This document shows, in pieces, positions 36,456 through 39,230 of a DNA stretch of 39,230 nucleotides. A model generated the notes under the pieces. That model worked only from the letters and a program-made list of their open reading frames with translations. It ran no database searches and was not told where the DNA came from. The first letter of the stretch is position 1. Each line of letters starts with the position of its first letter. The position numbers were made by a program, and so were the translations under genes. Source of the stretch: Dehalococcoidia bacterium UBA6495 (GTDB lineage Bacteria; Chloroflexota; Dehalococcoidia; Lucifugimonadales; UBA826); contig DJMH01000101.1 in assembly GCA_002435305.1 (NCBI GenBank), positions 2,135-41,364 on the forward strand. The letters are read 5' to 3'.

Positions 36456-37265
36456 TTGACCTTGTTTGACTGGGGATCTAAAACATACTTGATGGGGATA
36501 TTAAATGCTACCCCTGACTCATTTTCCGGCGATGGTATTCATCAGGATGTGAACCTGACTATATCAAGAGGTATCGAAATGTTGTCAAGAGGAGCAGATG
36601 TGCTGGATGTGGGTGGCGAATCTTCTAAACCCCCGTCTGTTTATGGGCATAGGGATAAAGTTTCGGCGGATGAGGAAATTCAGAGGGTTGTCCCAATCAT
36701 ACGTGCTTTGAGCCTCGAACCGAAGGCAGTAATCAGTGTAGATACCTACAAAGCCAAAGTAGCCAAAGCAGCCATTTCCGCTGGAGCCACAATGGTAAAT
36801 GATATTTGGGGGCTGGGAAGAGATTCTGAGTTGGTACACCTTGTCGCGGATGCTGGAGTCTATGTGGTGATTATGCACAACACAGAATCTCCTCAATACA
36901 AAGATATTGTTAAAGATACCGTAGAGTTTTTGAAAAAGAGAGTTGATTTTGCCATTTCAACTGGCATAGATAAAAACAAAATCATAGTGGACCCCGGAAT
37001 AGGTTTCGGAAAAGGGTCCGAACAAAACCTTCAAATCCTGAATCGGCTGCATGAATATAAAACCATAGGTGTGCCGGTGATGGTAGGAACGTCTCGTAAG
37101 TCAACGATTGGCGAAATTTTGAAATTGCCAGTTGATGATCGCATCGAAGGGACTGCTGCGACTGTATCGGTAGCTATAACTAGGGGGGCTGATATGGTTA
37201 GAGTTCATGATGTTCCGGAAATGTACAGAATAACGAAAATGACAGATGCCATAGTAAGAAGGTGA
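36456..37265 (+). CDS. folP: Dihydropteroate synthase
   Basis: MGILNATPDSFS, DVGGES, SVDT, DPGIGFGK, GTSRKS, RVHDV. Confidence 0.95.
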   Translation: MTLFDWGSKTYLMGILNATPDSFSGDGIHQDVNLTISRGIEMLSRGADVLDVGGESSKPPSVYGHRDKVSADEEIQRVVPIIRALSLEPKAVISVDTYKAKVAKAAISAGATMVNDIWGLGRDSELVHLVADAGVYVVIMHNTESPQYKDIVKDTVEFLKKRVDFAISTGIDKNKIIVDPGIGFGKGSEQNLQILNRLHEYKTIGVPVMVGTSRKSTIGEILKLPVDDRIEGTAATVSVAITRGADMVRVHDVPEMYRITKMTDAIVRR

Positions 37266-37780
37266 GCACAATTAATATTTCAACAAATGTATATGTAGGT
37301 TTGGGGAGCAATATAGGTGATCGGTTCAGCAATATTACCAATGCTACTAAGATGCTGATGAAGTTGGCCGATACACTCACTTCTTCTAAATTGTACGAAA
37401 CCACTCCTTATGGGTTTTCGAAACAACCAGCATTCTTGAATTCTGTGTGTAAATTATCTACTCAATTAACCCCGTGGCTTTTTCTGCATTACCTGAAGGG
37501 AATAGAGAAAAATCTTCAAAGACACAGAGTTTTTACCAACTCTCCTAGGACAATTGACATAGATATTTTGATATGGGGGGATATCGTACTTGAAAGCCAA
37601 CTTTTAACTATTCCACACCCGAGGTTTCATGAAAGGATGTTTGTGTTAGATCCCTTGTTTGAAATCTCGCCTACCTTGGTGCATCCGCTTCTAAATTTAA
37701 CAGTCGGTGAAATGCGCCAGGCAGTTCAAAAAAAGGAAGCGTTACAGGTACGTTCATCTCCTGTGTGTGTATTTCAATAA
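37262..37780 (+). CDS. folK: 2-amino-4-hydroxy-6-hydroxymethyldihydropteridine diphosphokinase
   Basis: VGLGSNIG, FLN, PRTIDIDIL, IPHPR-x2-ER-x-FVL-x-PL. GTGA overlap with folP. Confidence 0.94.
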   Translation: MSTINISTNVYVGLGSNIGDRFSNITNATKMLMKLADTLTSSKLYETTPYGFSKQPAFLNSVCKLSTQLTPWLFLHYLKGIEKNLQRHRVFTNSPRTIDIDILIWGDIVLESQLLTIPHPRFHERMFVLDPLFEISPTLVHPLLNLTVGEMRQAVQKKEALQVRSSPVCVFQ

Positions 37781-37790
37781 ATTCAAATTA

Positions 37791-37970
37791 CTAACGTAAC
37801 TCGGGAGGTAGAAGGTTTGGAACTGAATTAGCAATGGGGAATTCTTCTCTGCATTGGGAGCAAATCAATTTCCCTTCCAGGATTTCGTCATCTTTTTCTG
37901 AATCCACATGTAATCCGAAATTTGATTTACATAATGGGCATCTGATGATTTCTAAAAACGTTTTTTTCAC
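37791..37970 (-). CDS. Trm112-family (YcaR-like) small Zn-binding protein, 59 aa
   Basis: Not in the ORF track. GAGG RBS, GTG start, MKKTFLEIIRCPLCKSNFGLHVDSEKDDEILEGKLICSQCREEFPIANSVPNLLPPELR; CPxC...CxxC-x3-FPI-x3-VP-x-LL pattern. Confidence 0.88.
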   Translation of the reverse strand: MKKTFLEIIRCPLCKSNFGLHVDSEKDDEILEGKLICSQCREEFPIANSVPNLLPPELR

Positions 37971-38002
37971 TTTATGAACCTCTTGATTGAAGCTTACATC
38001 TG

Positions 38003-38500
38003 TTAAGAGATTGTTGATATATACATCAGGTTTAACAAGTCCGAAAGTAGATAAACCAAAAGTCCTAAAACCAGCACCAGATTGTATCCATTTAGCAACG
38101 CTGTGAGTCTTTTTGATTTGGGTTTTCCGTGATGCTCAGCTAGGTTAGCTTTTGAAATGAAATTCAGGTGCCGTTTGGCCCTTATCATGTAAAACATTCC
38201 CAATACGAAAGCAATTTTTAACCCCAAAATTAAAGCGTATTGGTATCCAATGTCGCCGGGAGTTAGCCTGTTAAATGTCATTATTGCCCCCGTGGCTAAA
38301 AGTACAAATATGCACGTGTCGACCAGCCCTCTAAATTCGGTAGATAATCGAGTGTGCAATTTTTTAATAAAGGAAATTTCAGAATGCTTCACGGAAGGAT
38401 TTAGAACCAAAACCCAGAATATACTTCCACCCACCCACGCAGTTGCGGAAATAAGATGTGCCCACCGTATAAAAACATGGAATAGGTCTGATATATTCAA
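38003..38500 (-). CDS. CopD-like / DUF4149-like integral membrane protein
   Basis: RWAHLISATAWVGGSIF N-terminal helix, LLATG, Y-x2-ILGLK, four hydrophobic segments. Confidence 0.7.
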   Translation of the reverse strand: MNISDLFHVFIRWAHLISATAWVGGSIFWVLVLNPSVKHSEISFIKKLHTRLSTEFRGLVDTCIFVLLATGAIMTFNRLTPGDIGYQYALILGLKIAFVLGMFYMIRAKRHLNFISKANLAEHHGKPKSKRLTALLNGYNLVLVLGLLVYLLSDLLNLMYISTIS

Positions 38501-38503
38501 TTT

Positions 38504-39010
38504 TCAGTTCGCTTTATTTTGTAAAATTAACAATTGTTGATCTAGTTCTTCTATAGTTATTTCACCTTGCCAATGACCTGCTATCTGGCCTTGGGAGTCC
38601 ACAAACACTGTGGTTGGATACACCTTGATATGATAATTAACAGACACTTTCCCTAAGGGGTCTGCCCCTACGGCAAAATGTATGTGTTTTTCCTTCACAA
38701 AATCTTGTCCATCTTGAGCTGAGTCTAAGCCAAGCAATTGGATGCCCACAACGTTTACAGAATTTTTGTTCTCCAAATAAAATTGATCTATTTTGGGAAA
38801 TTCAGCTATGCAAGGCGGGCATGATGGGAACCAGAAATTAACGATTGTGGGTTTACCGCCTTGTAACCTTAAATCGAATACAGTATTTTTCTTATAATCG
38901 ACTGTTTCATAGAGTTCTATTTTGAATGGCGGTGCAATCTTCGTGTTTTCAGTGAATGAACAACCCGACAAAAACACTACGAGACATAAAGTTATTGGGA
39001 GGTATTTCAT
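38504..39010 (-). CDS. TlpA/ResA-family thiol-disulfide reductase, probable lipoprotein
   Basis: Likely start at ATG 39010 (MKYLPITLCLVVFLSGC, lipobox LSGC); VNFWFPSCPPC-x2-E-x-P; YPTTVFVD. Confidence 0.85.
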   Translation of the reverse strand: MKYLPITLCLVVFLSGCSFTENTKIAPPFKIELYETVDYKKNTVFDLRLQGGKPTIVNFWFPSCPPCIAEFPKIDQFYLENKNSVNVVGIQLLGLDSAQDGQDFVKEKHIHFAVGADPLGKVSVNYHIKVYPTTVFVDSQGQIAGHWQGEITIEELDQQLLILQNKAN

Positions 39011-39048
39011 GTGACAAATCGAGTGTAAATTCAGGCCAGTTTTTTGCA

Positions 39049-39228
39049 TTATGGCTGGGTAGGTGGGTTTTCAAACATTAGAGTTTGTCCCTTTTCCAAT
39101 AGAAGACGCATTTTATTTTCATCTATGTCCCTTTCTTTCAAAAATGCCTCCAATGCCTCCATTGGAGGAACGGATTCGTGAAGTTCTTTTCCTAACCTAT
39201 TTTTGCTTTCTGAAATCACATTTTTCCG
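39049..39228 (-). CDS. C-terminal fragment of a protein entering from beyond the window, possibly SbcD nuclease
   Basis: Manual translation RKNVISESKNRLGKELHESVPPMEALEAFLKERDIDENKMRLLLEKGQTLMFENPPTQP*. Resembles SbcD-type C-termini from memory only; no catalytic motif is visible. Confidence 0.45.
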   Translation of the reverse strand, partial: RKNVISESKNRLGKELHESVPPMEALEAFLKERDIDENKMRLLLEKGQTLMFENPPTQP

Positions 39229-39230
39229 TA

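Noticed and set aside
36456-37780. Missing folB between folP and folK as a novel folate route
   Set aside because: Folate genes are already scattered here (folE is 15 kb away), so absence from this window is uninformative.
1-39230. CRISPR array, transposase, prophage, defence system, or reassigned genetic code
   Set aside because: No repeat-spacer arrays or mobile/defence protein motifs were seen, and TGA acts as a normal stop at the ends of full-length conserved genes.

Overview
Gene-dense bacterial chromosomal segment read with the standard genetic code (TGA terminates several genes). Protein flavour and gene content suggest a Chloroflexota/Dehalococcoidia (SAR202-like) genome; this is inference, not a search result. 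It is mostly core metabolism: two glutamine synthetase-family genes with gltB-gltD, rnc, a TPP enzyme, glyA, thrC-folE, tmk, pdxST, gap, eno, mdh, a carboxyltransferase module without biotin carboxylase, and folP-folK. The ORF track misses or obscures several things. (1) A probable selenoprotein at 13332-13961: an in-frame TGA sits at the catalytic Cys position of a DsbA/Rv2466c (mycoredoxin-2)-like oxidoreductase and is followed by a SECIS-like hairpin. (2) About 8 kb away, mshA-like and mshD-like genes lie next to a FemAB-clan GNAT, suggesting a mycothiol-like thiol system outside Actinobacteria, possibly served by a Sec-containing redoxin. (3) The 455-aa 'hypothetical' at 16563-17930 retains the isocitrate dehydrogenase active-site residues in a highly divergent frame. 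(4) There is a decayed 3' tRNA-Asp fragment with tandem repeats, probably an integration scar. (5) A 59-aa Trm112-family gene falls below the ORF cutoff. No CRISPR array, rRNA, intact tRNA or transposase was seen. All family alignments were done by eye from remembered motifs.
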